The notes under the pieces are model-generated. The model was not told where the DNA came from and searched no databases. It was given only the letters and a program-made list of their open reading frames with translations. Positions 31,510-42,768 of a DNA stretch of 64,000 nt are shown here, in pieces; the stretch's first letter is position 1; every line of letters starts with the position of its first letter. Origin of the DNA: Candidatus Latescibacterota bacterium (GTDB taxonomy: Bacteria > Latescibacterota > UBA2968); assembly GCA_965198115.1 (NCBI GenBank), contig OZ240241.1:4320001-4384000 (forward strand). Direction: 5' to 3'. The position numbers and the translations under genes are program-made.

Positions 31510-32475
31510 ATGAACCGAATAAAACTTGGCCGAACAGGAATCGACGTCAGCGTGATGGGGATGGGCGCGGGTGGCCCGAGTCAGATTGGGAAAAAGCAGG
31601 GCAAGACGCCCGAAGAGTCGGCGGCGATTCTGCATCAGGCGTTCGACGCGGGCGTCAACTACGTCGACACGGCAGAGGGTTACGGCACAGAACCGCTCGT
31701 CGGTCTTGCGCTCAAGGAGTTTCCCCGTGACCAGGTCGTCATCTCCACCAAGAAGAGCTCGAGGGGGTCGAGCGCGGCCGACGTAGTTCCCAGTTTCGAG
31801 GAAAGCCTGAAGCGTCTCGGCACCGACTACATCGACGTCTACAGTCTGCACGGCGTCTACGACTTCGACTACGACCGCTGCAAGGATGAGCTGTATCCCG
31901 AGCTCGTGAAGCTACAGGATGCTGGCAAGATCCGATCGATCGGCATTACGGAGATGTTCAACGCCGATAAGGGACACGAGATGCTACAGCGGGCCCTCGA
32001 CGACAATCTGTGGGACGTCGTGATGATCGGGTTCAACATCCTCAACCAGTCGGCTCGCGACAGAGTATTCACGAAATCCATCGCGAACGACGTCGCAATC
32101 CAGGTGATGTTCGCCGTTCGCAAGGCGCTTAGTGATATGGAGTTCCTGGCCGAGACCGTCGCCTCGCTGATCGAAGAGGGCCACGTCGATGCAGAGGACA
32201 TCAACGACCCGGAACATCCGCTCGGGTTTCTGCTGCACGACGATGGCGCGGTCACGATACCCGATGCCGCGTATCGCTTCTGCAACTACGAACCAGGCAC
32301 GCACGTCATCCTCTCGGGGACAGGCAAACCGGAACATCTCGTGCAGAACATTGCCAGTCTCGAGCGCGGCCCTCTTCCTGACGCGGATGTCGAGCGGCTC
32401 AAGAAGATCTTTCGGAGAGTAGATTCGATTACGGGTCAGGGGGAATGGGGAGGGGATCCGGGGCCGAAGAAGTGA
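31510..32475 (+). CDS. Aldo/keto reductase (paralog 1)
   Basis: LGRTGIDVS, VDTAEGYG, ISTK, LGTDYIDVYSLH. Confidence 0.95.
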   Translation: MNRIKLGRTGIDVSVMGMGAGGPSQIGKKQGKTPEESAAILHQAFDAGVNYVDTAEGYGTEPLVGLALKEFPRDQVVISTKKSSRGSSAADVVPSFEESLKRLGTDYIDVYSLHGVYDFDYDRCKDELYPELVKLQDAGKIRSIGITEMFNADKGHEMLQRALDDNLWDVVMIGFNILNQSARDRVFTKSIANDVAIQVMFAVRKALSDMEFLAETVASLIEEGHVDAEDINDPEHPLGFLLHDDGAVTIPDAAYRFCNYEPGTHVILSGTGKPEHLVQNIASLERGPLPDADVERLKKIFRRVDSITGQGEWGGDPGPKK

Positions 32476-32523
32476 AGGCGGCCTGTCACGGCCGTCGCTC
32501 CTCAAAGTGAGCCCGCAAGCAAC

Positions 32524-32593
32524 GTCACTTCGAGCGGAGTCGAGAAGTCGTTCCAATCGCTCTGGGCGGGTTCTCGACTCCGCTCGAACTGAC
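32524..32593. repeat. REP-like palindromic element, inverted copy of 28016-28090
   Basis: GTCACTTCGAGCGGAGTCGAGAA ... TTCTCGACTCCGCTCGAACTGAC. Confidence 0.85.
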
Positions 32594-32661
32594 CGCCGCG
32601 CATCTGTTACGAAATCTGACTCCGTGGTGACAGTCTATGACACCACATCCGTGAGGGCCAC

Positions 32662-33594
32662 GTGGATCGTGTCAAGCTAGGTCGAACAGGGTTGGACGTC
32701 AGTGTGATGGGCATCGGTGCCGGCGGGCCCAGCGGGATGGGAAAGCGTGCCGGAATGTCCGAGACGGAGTCGGCGGGTATTCTGCTTCAGGCCTTCGATG
32801 CGGGCGTTAATTTTGTCGACACCTCAGAAAATTATGGCACCGAACCCGCGATCGGTGTCGCCCTCAAAGAAATCCCCCGCGATCAGCTGATCATCTCCAC
32901 GAAGAAAAGCTCGAGCGACGCAAAAGCGGCGGACGTCGCGCCCGGCCTCGAGAATAGCCTGTCGCGTCTCAGCACCGATTACATCGACGTCTACAATCTG
33001 CACGGCGTCTTTCCCGCTGACTACAAGCGGTGCGCCGAAGAGCTCTACCCGGAGCTCGTCAAGCTGAAGGAGGCTGGCAAGATTCGATTCATCGGGATGT
33101 CCGAGAAATTCAACGACGACACCGAACACGCGATGGCCCCGATGGCCTTCGCCGACGACATCTGGGATGTGATGATGATCGGCTTCAACATCCTCAACCA
33201 GTCGGGTCGCGAAAGGGTCCTCGCCAAGGCGATCGAGCAGAAGGTCGGCATACAGGTGATGTTTGCCGTGCGAAAAGCCTTGAGCAATGCTGAGTACCTC
33301 GCCGAAACCGTCGCGTCCCTCATCGAAGCCGGCCAGGTCGATGCCGACGACATCGATGACCCGACCGATCCTCTCGCGTTTCTCCTACACGAAAACGGCG
33401 CCGAGAGCATTCCCGACGCCGCCTACCGCTTCTGCAACCACGAGCCCGGCACCCACGTCATCCTGTCAGGCACGGGCAATCCGGATCATCTCAAAGAGAA
33501 CATCGCCAGCCTCGAGCGAGGGCCGTTGCCGAAGGATGATGTCGAGCGGCTGAAGCATATGTTCCGGGATGTGGATTCGATTACGGGGCAGTAG
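32662..33594 (+). CDS. Aldo/keto reductase (paralog 2, tandem duplicate)
   Basis: Same motifs, colinear with paralog 1. Confidence 0.95.
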   Translation: MDRVKLGRTGLDVSVMGIGAGGPSGMGKRAGMSETESAGILLQAFDAGVNFVDTSENYGTEPAIGVALKEIPRDQLIISTKKSSSDAKAADVAPGLENSLSRLSTDYIDVYNLHGVFPADYKRCAEELYPELVKLKEAGKIRFIGMSEKFNDDTEHAMAPMAFADDIWDVMMIGFNILNQSGRERVLAKAIEQKVGIQVMFAVRKALSNAEYLAETVASLIEAGQVDADDIDDPTDPLAFLLHENGAESIPDAAYRFCNHEPGTHVILSGTGNPDHLKENIASLERGPLPKDDVERLKHMFRDVDSITGQ

Positions 33595-33935
33595 GGGACA
33601 CAGAGGTCAGAGGTCGGGTTGGCTGGCCCACGATGTGAGACCGGACTCCTGTCCGGGAACGGGCACCTGGCGATTCCACAGGGGCCCAAGAATCAGGCCA
33701 GCGACATTCTATCATCCGGGCTGAATCGATAATCTGTGGGGCCCTTCCCAAGCAGAGCTTGGTCCTACAAAGTCAATGTTCGCGCACAATTGTTGGCCAC
33801 CATAGGCTTCGCGTTACAGGTCATTCCCGACTGGAGTCGAGTCCCACCGGAATGTGCGCGTTTGCTGTCGGCTTGGGCTTGGTTGAAAAAGTGGCCCCGG
33901 GGCCACAATCTCTTCCGGTCTGGAGTCCTCCTGGC

Positions 33936-36167
33936 TCACTTCCCTTCTTCCACCAGTTTTAGCATCGCGCGGTTCAGATTCTCTCTGATCCCGAGATCTT
34001 CAGGATTGATCTCCAGCGCGCGCTGGTAGTGCTGAACCGCTCGATCCAGGTCCCCGTCCAGAAAATGTGTGTTGCCCAGATACGTCGCGACCTGCGCCGG
34101 GTCACCGGCGTATTCCCTCGCCAGCGCGATCTGACCTCTCGCTTCATCCGTCATATTGAGAGACATATATACATACGCGAGTTCGAATCGCAGTTCGGCA
34201 TCGCGTGGGCTCGTCGCCAACACCGACCCATACAGGTCGTCCACGTAGCTTCGCTTGAGTTCATTCAGGTTGGCAACAAGCTCGGTGAGATCCGTCTTTT
34301 CAACTGCCTCGGTTACGGCTGCACCGAGCATCTCATACGTGAAAGACGGTTCGGCCGACGGGTAACGCAACCAGGCCTCGTGGATTGGCCGAACGCGCGT
34401 TCGCCAATCGGACAACCCTCGCAACTGATCGAGTCCAGCTTGCCAGACGTCCTTGAAGGACCTCGCCCATAGCGTCGTTTCGACCGGCACCCAGAGCGAT
34501 CCGCGAAACGCCAGGAGACGGTCTTCCGGGATACCAAGCCGGTGGATCTCCGAGACCCTTACCCCCGTATCGAACATCGCGAAGATGTGACCGGGCACGT
34601 CCACTACGGCAGTCGGGATACCCAGATTCTCCAGTAAGGAGCAATAGAGAACCGTGCAGTCGTCGCAATCACCCGTGCGCCGCTCGAGCAGCTCCCTTGG
34701 GTATTGAATGTTGTCGAAAGGCCATTCGGCATCAATCGCTTCGACGTAGGGACTGTTGGGATCGATCTGATAACGGATCCCAAAGTGTCTGAGCGCCTCG
34801 AAAACAGCTGCCGCCTGCACGAGGCTCCGCTCCATCGACCTGAGTCGCGACCGCTCCGTGACGGCGTGGGACACTTCCCTCGCAAACCGCTCGACTTCGG
34901 CATCCCGACTGGTGACGAAGGCTGCCGCACGTCCGATATCGTCCCAGAGCATCGCCCCTCTTCCATAGACGACGAGCTTACTGCTCTGCTTGTCAGACCG
35001 TGTCCGGGTCGCTGTCGCGTATTCCACTTCGACCTCCACCGGCAAAGCGATGTCCCGCGTCAGATCGGCCATCTCGTCCGGAAGCGCGACCGTCAGGGGC
35101 ACCACCTGTTCGCGCTTGCCTTTCCTAGCGATGAACGTCTGTCGGTATGGAACCGTTTCATAGCCTGGTGTCGAGATGGTGAGGCGGCATTCTATCGTTT
35201 TGCCCGAGGTGTTGAGGATGCGAACCTCGCCCACGGGCTGCCCTTGGTAGGTTTTGTAATAGGAAGCGAACAGCTCGTCGCTCTCGATGCCAACCACGCG
35301 AACGGCAGACGAGGCAGGATCGAAGGAAGCCGTCAACCCGAAACGTTGCGTCTGACCCAGGCCACGCCGACCCGGCAGATGGGAGATATCGAACTGCAGT
35401 GCGCGATACTTGACACCTACACCGAACGTGAGCCTGACAGGATCCGACGTCCGAAGGTCCTTTTTCACACCCATCCGAAGCGCGAGTGCATCTCGCCACA
35501 CGAATTCACCGCCAAGGTGGAGGCCGCGATCGACGTCCAGGGCCACCAACGCGTCTGTCCGGATGTTCCAGGCCAGACCCGCTCTCAACGTTCGTGGGAG
35601 CGGGTCCGCAGAGCCCCCGTCCTCATACGTCACTCCGGTGTTCGTCACATCGTGGAGCGAGGCCCCCAAACGGAGATTCGGTGTAATGGGCCACAGCATC
35701 CCGATGTCCACACCGAACCCCGACCCTTTTCCCACGGACTGACCATCTAGAGATGTATCCGTCAACAGGTATTTTGCTCCCAGCCCCACGGACACCCCTC
35801 TGGGGAGACCCGCAGCAAGCGCCACCTTCATCACGTTTCGGATGAAATCAAGCTCCCCGTCGCCGAACCCGATGTGCTGCCAATCCCCACCGATGGCGAG
35901 ACGACGCGCAATCGGCAGTCCATAGGCCACGTAATTCGTGCGGATGCCGGTTCCATACAGATCGGCCTGCGAGAAAGTCGCCTCGTGCCGTTCCAGGGAC
36001 AGCAGGCCTGCCGCGTTGTAGAACACCGCATTGACATCGTCAGCCACCGCGGTATAGGCCCCGCCCAGTGCCAGTGGCCGCGTCCCAACCAGCACGTTCC
36101 CGATGGACTGCCCCTGAGCGTGGTCGCTTAACACCAGGAAGAGAGCGATCGCTGTCACTCTCACCAT
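33936..36167 (-). CDS. PorV/PorQ-like outer-membrane barrel fused to transglutaminase-like and TPR domains
   Basis: Signal peptide; GTRPLALGGAYTAVADDVNAVFYNAAGL; GDCDDC...PGHIF...WVPVETT; C-terminal TPR YLGN...AVQHYQRALEINP; GGAGG RBS. Confidence 0.8.
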   Translation of the reverse strand: MVRVTAIALFLVLSDHAQGQSIGNVLVGTRPLALGGAYTAVADDVNAVFYNAAGLLSLERHEATFSQADLYGTGIRTNYVAYGLPIARRLAIGGDWQHIGFGDGELDFIRNVMKVALAAGLPRGVSVGLGAKYLLTDTSLDGQSVGKGSGFGVDIGMLWPITPNLRLGASLHDVTNTGVTYEDGGSADPLPRTLRAGLAWNIRTDALVALDVDRGLHLGGEFVWRDALALRMGVKKDLRTSDPVRLTFGVGVKYRALQFDISHLPGRRGLGQTQRFGLTASFDPASSAVRVVGIESDELFASYYKTYQGQPVGEVRILNTSGKTIECRLTISTPGYETVPYRQTFIARKGKREQVVPLTVALPDEMADLTRDIALPVEVEVEYATATRTRSDKQSSKLVVYGRGAMLWDDIGRAAAFVTSRDAEVERFAREVSHAVTERSRLRSMERSLVQAAAVFEALRHFGIRYQIDPNSPYVEAIDAEWPFDNIQYPRELLERRTGDCDDCTVLYCSLLENLGIPTAVVDVPGHIFAMFDTGVRVSEIHRLGIPEDRLLAFRGSLWVPVETTLWARSFKDVWQAGLDQLRGLSDWRTRVRPIHEAWLRYPSAEPSFTYEMLGAAVTEAVEKTDLTELVANLNELKRSYVDDLYGSVLATSPRDAELRFELAYVYMSLNMTDEARGQIALAREYAGDPAQVATYLGNTHFLDGDLDRAVQHYQRALEINPEDLGIRENLNRAMLKLVEEGK

Positions 36168-36214
36168 CGACCTCCATTTCGAAAGCGTGCGCGCACGCGA
36201 ACAGCCACGAAACA

Positions 36215-38520
36215 TCAGTTCGCCCCTCCGAACGCCTGGGCGAATTCGAGAAAGTCGGGAAACCCGATATCGCTGTCGCCGTTCAGATCAAACCGGTCGT
36301 CAAAGCGATCATCTGCAGAATCCGCACCGAAGACGGCCGCGAACGCCAGGAAGTCCCCAAAGTCGACGTTGCCGTCCCCGTTGAAATCAGAAGTCTTGCT
36401 TCCCCCTCCCGTCAACCTGAATCCCTCTACGATGCGAATCCTGTCATTGTCGGTGTCAGCGATGATCAGATTCCCGCGTGGTCAATGAAGACATCCGACG
36501 GCCGATCGAGGCTCGCGTCCGTCGCAGCCCCGGCGTCCCCGTAAAACTCCGAATTCCCGTCTCCGGCGACAGTAGAGATCACACCCGTCACCGTATCGAC
36601 AACCCGAATTCGATCGTCCCCCCATTCTGCAATGAACACATTGCCTGACCCGTCGACCGACACCCCGATCGGGGAATCCAGCCGGGTCTCGGTCGCCAAT
36701 CCACCGTCTCCCTCGGTGAACGAGGAGCTTCCGGCGACCGTGGTGATGATCCCCGTTGCGGCGTCGACCTTCCGGATCCGGTTGTTGCCATCGACGATGT
36801 AGAGGTTTCCTCCGCTGTCCACGTGAACGTCGCCTGAGAGGCTCAGACCCGCTTCGGTCGCAAGCCCCCCGTCACCCGAGAATTCGCGCTGGCCGTTACC
36901 TGCGACGGTCTGGATCACACCCGACGAACCATCCACTCTTCGGATTCGGCTGTTCCCAAGATCCGCGATGAACAGGTTGTGATCGTCGTCCACGTGAACG
37001 CCGAAGACGCCGTCGAGCCGTGCCTCCGTTGCCGGTCCACCGTCGCCCGCAAAACTGCCGCTTCCGAATTCCGTCGGTCCACTTCCAGCCACGGTCGAAA
37101 TCAGACCCGTTTCCACATCGACTCTTCTGACACGGTGATTCAGTGCGTCCGCGATGTAGAGGTGTCCCAACGTACAGATGTGTATGTCTTCGGGCCCGAA
37201 GAACGTGGCTTCGGTTGCGAGCCCATCATCTCCCGAGAAGCTTCCGTTTTCCTGTCCTGTCGGTCCACTGCCCGCCACCGTGCTGATACGACCCGTCTGC
37301 GCACTGATCACCCGTACCCGCTGGTTGCCGGTATCGGCGATGTAGAGGTCGCCCTTGCCATCGACGAACGTCCCCGTCGGTGTCTTGAGCCTGGCGTCTG
37401 TGGCAGGTCCGTCGTCACCCGCCAGCGTCAGATCGGGATTTCCCGCAACGGTTGAAATGAGCCCGGTTTCCACATCGACCTTCCGGATGCGACCGTTGAA
37501 GTTGTCAGAGATGTAGATGTCGCCGGCCGGGTTGAGGAATACATCGTTAGGCCCCCAAAGGCTGGTTTCCGTCGCCTGAATCCCGTCTCCGGAAAAGCTC
37601 TGCTGACCGTTTCCAGCCACGGTCGAGATCACGCCGGTTGCAGCATCGATCCTCCTGACCCGATCCCCAACGACCGTGAAGAAAACGTTCCCCTCAGCAT
37701 CGACGAACAGACCACCGGGCGAGCTGAGCATCGCATCGGTCGCCGCCGCCCCGTCTCCGGAAAAACCCCTTTCGCCTGTTCCCGCAATCGTGGAAATGAT
37801 TCCGGACGGGGCGACCCTCCGAACACGTTGATTGCCAGCGTCCGTGATGTAGATGGACCCGTCACTCGTCACATAGAGGGATGTCGATCGATCCAGCACA
37901 GCCTCCGATGCCTGTCCTCCATCGCCGGAGAATCCAGAGTCCCTCGTACCGACGATCGAGGAGATGACGCCTGACTCGGCGTCGACTTTCAGGATCCGTG
38001 GGTTGAAAAAGCCTCCATCAGCGATGTAGACATTGCCCACCGAATCCACATACAGGTCCTCCGGTCCGTCCAGACCCGTCTCCGTCGCGGGCCCACCGTC
38101 GCCCGAGAACCCCCGCTCTCCGTTTCCGGCTATGGTCGTAATCAGGCCATCCAGGCCAACTCTACGAATCCTCAGTCGCTCCACGAAGTAGATCATCCCG
38201 CCTCTGACGAACACCGCGAGGGGTCTGTCCAGACTGGCCTCGGTGGAGGGACCGCCGTCGCCGGCGTATCGTTCCTCTCCGTTGCCGGCCATCGACACAA
38301 TCATACCTGTCTCGGCATCCACCTTCCGAATCCGGCTGTAGAGCCAGTCCGCGATGTAGACGTCCTCACGTTCATCGACGAAGATTCCTTGCGGACCCAG
38401 GTTCGCCTCTGTGGCAAGTCCGTTGTCCCCCACGGACCCGCCCGCGATGGTACGGATCTGGCCCGTGTCCGCGTGCAGCGGCTGCAGGAGCGAGAGCGTC
38501 CATATGACGACGTGGATCAT
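36215..38520 (-). CDS. NHL-repeat (teneurin-like) secreted protein with C-terminal dockerin/EF-hand-like domain; frameshift at ~36472
   Basis: About 12 repeats of FSGDGGPAT.A.L..P....D..GN.YIAD; the last repeat continues in the shifted frame into DFNGDGNVDFGDF...DLNGDSDIGFPDF. Confidence 0.85.
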
Positions 38521-38544
38521 CAGGTTATCCTTCCCTACTCGACG

Positions 38545-41500
38545 TCATCGGTTGACGACGGCGACCGTTTTGTTGGCAGACACACCCTCGGCCTGGATCA
38601 CGACGATATACAGACCATCCCGAACGACGTTGCCCGACCGATCGATCCCATCCCACCGCACCGTGTTGAGCCCGCCGCTGAGCAAACGGCTTTCGAGCAC
38701 GCGACGGACCAGAAAACCCGACAACCCATAGATGTTCACGTCGACGGCCGAAGACGTGCCCAGCTCGAAGGAGATGTCCGTGGTCCCTGGATAGAGCTGA
38801 CCACCGGGAGAGATGACCCGCGGTTGGCACACCACGTTAGCAATGCCACGCTGTCCCGTCGCGGGCAGCGCCTGGAACAGAGCAAAGATCCCGGGTTCGT
38901 CGATTCCTACGGAGATGACGTCATCCCGGTCGCTGACCGTACCACCGAGCCGCTCCCATCCCGCTGGCCCCAGCCGATACACCGCGAGGATCGAGCCGTT
39001 GGTCTCACGGGATCCGAGAAGATCGATAGTCAGAGTACTGCGTTTGGCAAAAACCACTTCCGATGGTCCAATCGAGTAGGCCGCCTCGAACGACATTGCA
39101 TCCACAGGCATCGGAGGAAGCGCGTCGAGGGTGACGATCGCGACTTCTACCGTCGCGTCAGATGCCAGGCCGTTTGGCGGGATCATCAACGCCACCTGTC
39201 CTCCCGCCTCTGAGACCACCCCCCCGGCCTCGTCGTCGATGGCACCCAGTGCCGACACGAGCGTCACGTCGACGAGATGATCGCTGAGATGCCCCAGTCG
39301 GTCGCGGGCGGAGAGTCGCACCACGTACGGACCATCGTCCAGTTCGTCAGTTCGCCAGGTGCCAAGGACCCCGCTGCTCACGGGGTTCGATTGAGCTGCA
39401 TCCACGGGTTGCCATTCATCCGTCAGCTCGTCCGATGTCCCCGGTGCGTACTCCAGCTGATAGATCTCGAGATCGGGCGTCTCTGATCGATCGATGGCAA
39501 CCCCAATCAGATCGACATCCCCGCTGACGACATCTCCCGTTCGAGGCGATGTGATCGCAGCCGTGGGGCCGGTCAGGTCCGCCACGAACGTGAAGCTGGC
39601 AGGCGTGGCATCGGGATTCCCATATCGATCCTGGGCGCGCATCCAGACCGTCCACGATCCATTCCCAAACCCGGTGATCTCGAAGCTCGATGCGTGCTGG
39701 AAAGAGGACCATTCTGCTTCCCCGGGAAGGCGGTCCTCGCTGGTGAGGGCATGCGCAAGCGGCGGAAAATCGTTTGTCCCCGCGTCAAACCCCCGGCCCT
39801 CGACCAAAAACCGGCCCTCGCCCAGCGGCGACGGCGGACGACGGACGATCCGGGTCTGCAGGATGCCACCGGTGGGTCGATTGAAGACACTGATTCCCTC
39901 ATCGGTTCCAAACCACATCCGGCCATCAGGTCCCTGGAGAACCGAGAACACCTGATTTGAAATAAGTCCGTCCCGCTCCGTAAAATGCTGAAGTGTCTGG
40001 CCATCGTATCGCGTCACGCCTGAGCGTCCGGAGGAAGTCTCGATACCCTCGAACTCCAGTTGCCCCCCGCGTACGGTACCGAGCCAGATCGCCCCATCTT
40101 CTCCCTCGGCAATCGACCGGACGTCGTCGGACAGCAACCCGTCCGCCTGCGTGATCGTCTCCCACCGTCCCGCATCGAGTTTCCAGGCCCCATCCCCGAA
40201 GGTCCCAACCCATAGATCACCGCCGCGCGTTATGTGAAGGGCGTTCACGCTCTGATCCAGAACCGGTGTAAACCGACCGTGCTGGAATCGGCTCAGTCCT
40301 GAGCCGCCAAACCAGATCGCTCCGTCCGCAGTCTGAGTGATTTCGCTGACTGTCCCGAACAGGAAAAACTCTCGAGTCGTGTCGCTGGACAGTTCGTTCT
40401 GGGAATAGGTTCGGAATTCACCGTTCCACAGGCGGGACGCACCGAGAGCACCCCCAAACCACATCGCACCGTCGGCCGACTGGAAGATGGCCTCTGACCC
40501 TGCCAGACCGTCCGCCCTCTGGACACCCGGCCAGGAATCTCCAACCAGACGCCGAATCGACGGATCAGCGTCCAGTCCGAGCCAGATGGTACCGTCTGCT
40601 GACTCGGCGATACCCTTCACGAATGCGAACCGCGGCTCGGACCACGTCTGCCCGTCGAATCGACTGACCCCGGCCGTCGTCCCTGCCCAGATCGTCCCAT
40701 CCGAGGCTTCCTCGATGTCGTACACATAGTCGGCACCCAAGCCGTCGTCCGCGTCGTAGAGCTCCTCCGTGGCATTTCTCAAGATGCCAACGGTCGTCGC
40801 GAACCACATCTCGCCGGTCGAGATCTGGATGATGTCGGTCACGTTCAAAATGGACTGCGCAGAAGAGCCGAAGAAGCCCACCTCGGGTAGTCGCCAGACT
40901 TCCCCATCATATTGTCCCACACCGGAGGTTGTTCCAACCCAGATCAGGCCGTCATCCGATTGGAGAATGGTCGAGATGTGGTCGCCAGGCAGACCGTCGT
41001 CCGTTGTGAATCGCTCCCACTCCGATTCGTCCCAGCGGGTGATCCCTCCCCCGTCGCTCCCGAACCACATCGTTCCATTGCTCGACTGATGGATGGCGGT
41101 CACGGGCTGAGAGGGAATGCCATCCTCCGAGTGCAGAGACGTCCAGATCCCTCCCTCGTGCCTCAACACCCCCAGGGAGGTACCGAACCAGGTCGCGCCA
41201 TCAATGGACTGGTGCACGGAGTGTACCGTGAAGTTGACCCCCGTGATGATCGACTGAACGACTTCGGGCAAGCCAGCGAATTCAAAGTGGAACTGGCGAA
41301 GCTGACCATCCGCGAAACGGAACACGCGATCGGGTCGATTCAGAAACCAGATCGAGCCATCGGATGAGGCATAAGCCTCGACCACGGGTCCAACTGGTTT
41401 CGAAGGTTGGTAAGTAGCCCAGTCACCATCACGGTAGTGGCTGACCGCCGATTCACCGAACCCGTTCTCCCCGAACCAGAGCGAGCCATCCACCGCACGA

Positions 41501-42690
41501 AACATCGTCGTGATTCCCCTTCGTTGATCGACGACCTGCGGTACGTCAAACGGCTGCCACGATTCGCCGTCGAATCGACTGACGCCGCGGACGCTTCCAG
41601 CCGGACCTGCCCACACGTCGCCATCGGATGTGTGGTACAGCCAGGAAAAGTCGCCTGCCACCTCTGGTGTCTGGCCTCCTCCGAAGGAGGTCCATAGCGG
41701 TCCGGTATACCGGGTGACGCCGTCGATGGTACCGATCCACAGCGCTCCGTCTGTCGATTCGATCACCGACCGCGCGTGATTGGCCGCAAGCCCATCATCG
41801 ACATTGAAATGCACCCACGCGTCATCATCGAAGCGGCTGAGTCCACCACGAACACCGTCGAAATCGGTCCCCGATGTCACCCAGATCGATCCGTCCGCCG
41901 ACTCGCTAATGGAGGTGATCAGAAACCACGGGAGCTCGGTAAACAGCTCGTATTCGGTGCCAAGGAGCCGAACGACCTTTCCAATGTGCCCGAACCAGAT
42001 CGAACCGTCGGTCGCCTCGTAGATCGTGACGGGGCTGATGACGAGCTGACTGGCAATGGACTCGGGTAAGGGTGGGATGCCACCCCAGTCCTGACCGTTA
42101 AAACGCCCGATACCCCGACCATCGCCCATAAACCAGAGCGCGCCGTCGGAGGTCTCGTAGATCTGCGACACGGCGAAGGGGGGCACACCGCTGTTGAAGC
42201 TGTGGAAAGACTCCCATACACCATCTGCACGTCGTGTGGCTCCATCTGTGGTCCCGAACCACATTGCGCCGTCGGAAGCCTCGGTCACGGCCAGTACATC
42301 ATTGCCGGCCAGCCCATCCCTCTCCGTAAACGTGATCCAGTTCAAGCCATCGTAGCGGCTGGCCCCTCCCACATCATCTCCAAAGTCGTTTGTGAATCCG
42401 CACCCGAACCACATCGCACCATCGGATGACTGCGTAATGGCGTGGATGTTGTTGTGAGCAAGCCCGCCACCGGTGTTCTCGACCGTGAACGTCTGCCACG
42501 TTCCGTCGAAGCGGCTGACCCCATCAAGCGTGGCGAACCAGAGCGCGCCATCGTCAGACTGAAACACACGGGATACGTGGTCGAACGCGAGCCCATCTTC
42601 CTGAACGAACGTTCGCCACTGTTGGGCCTGCGTCCCACGCAGGCAAAAGTGACGCCGAGGGCAACCAGGATAGACTTAAGGGTTCGCGAA
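38545..42690 (-). CDS. Large two-component-regulator-propeller repeat protein with Ig-like domains and FlgD/T9SS-CTD-like C-terminus; start uncertain
   Basis: Many DG.[LM]WFGT..G.SRFDG blades; C-terminal PRVISPGG...WDGIDRSGNVVRDGLYIV; signal peptide LKSILVALGVTFACVG in the shifted frame before 42635. Confidence 0.85.
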
Positions 42691-42768
42691 TAAAAAAAGA
42701 GGACGCCGGCTCGCGCTGGTCGTCCCCAGGTTCTTCTTCGTGCCTTCGTGACTTCGTGTTTCAGCCTT

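Noticed and set aside
36466-42567. DNA-level repeats in the NHL and propeller genes as an array or DGR
   Set aside because: Explained by protein repeats; no reverse transcriptase or TR/VR pair
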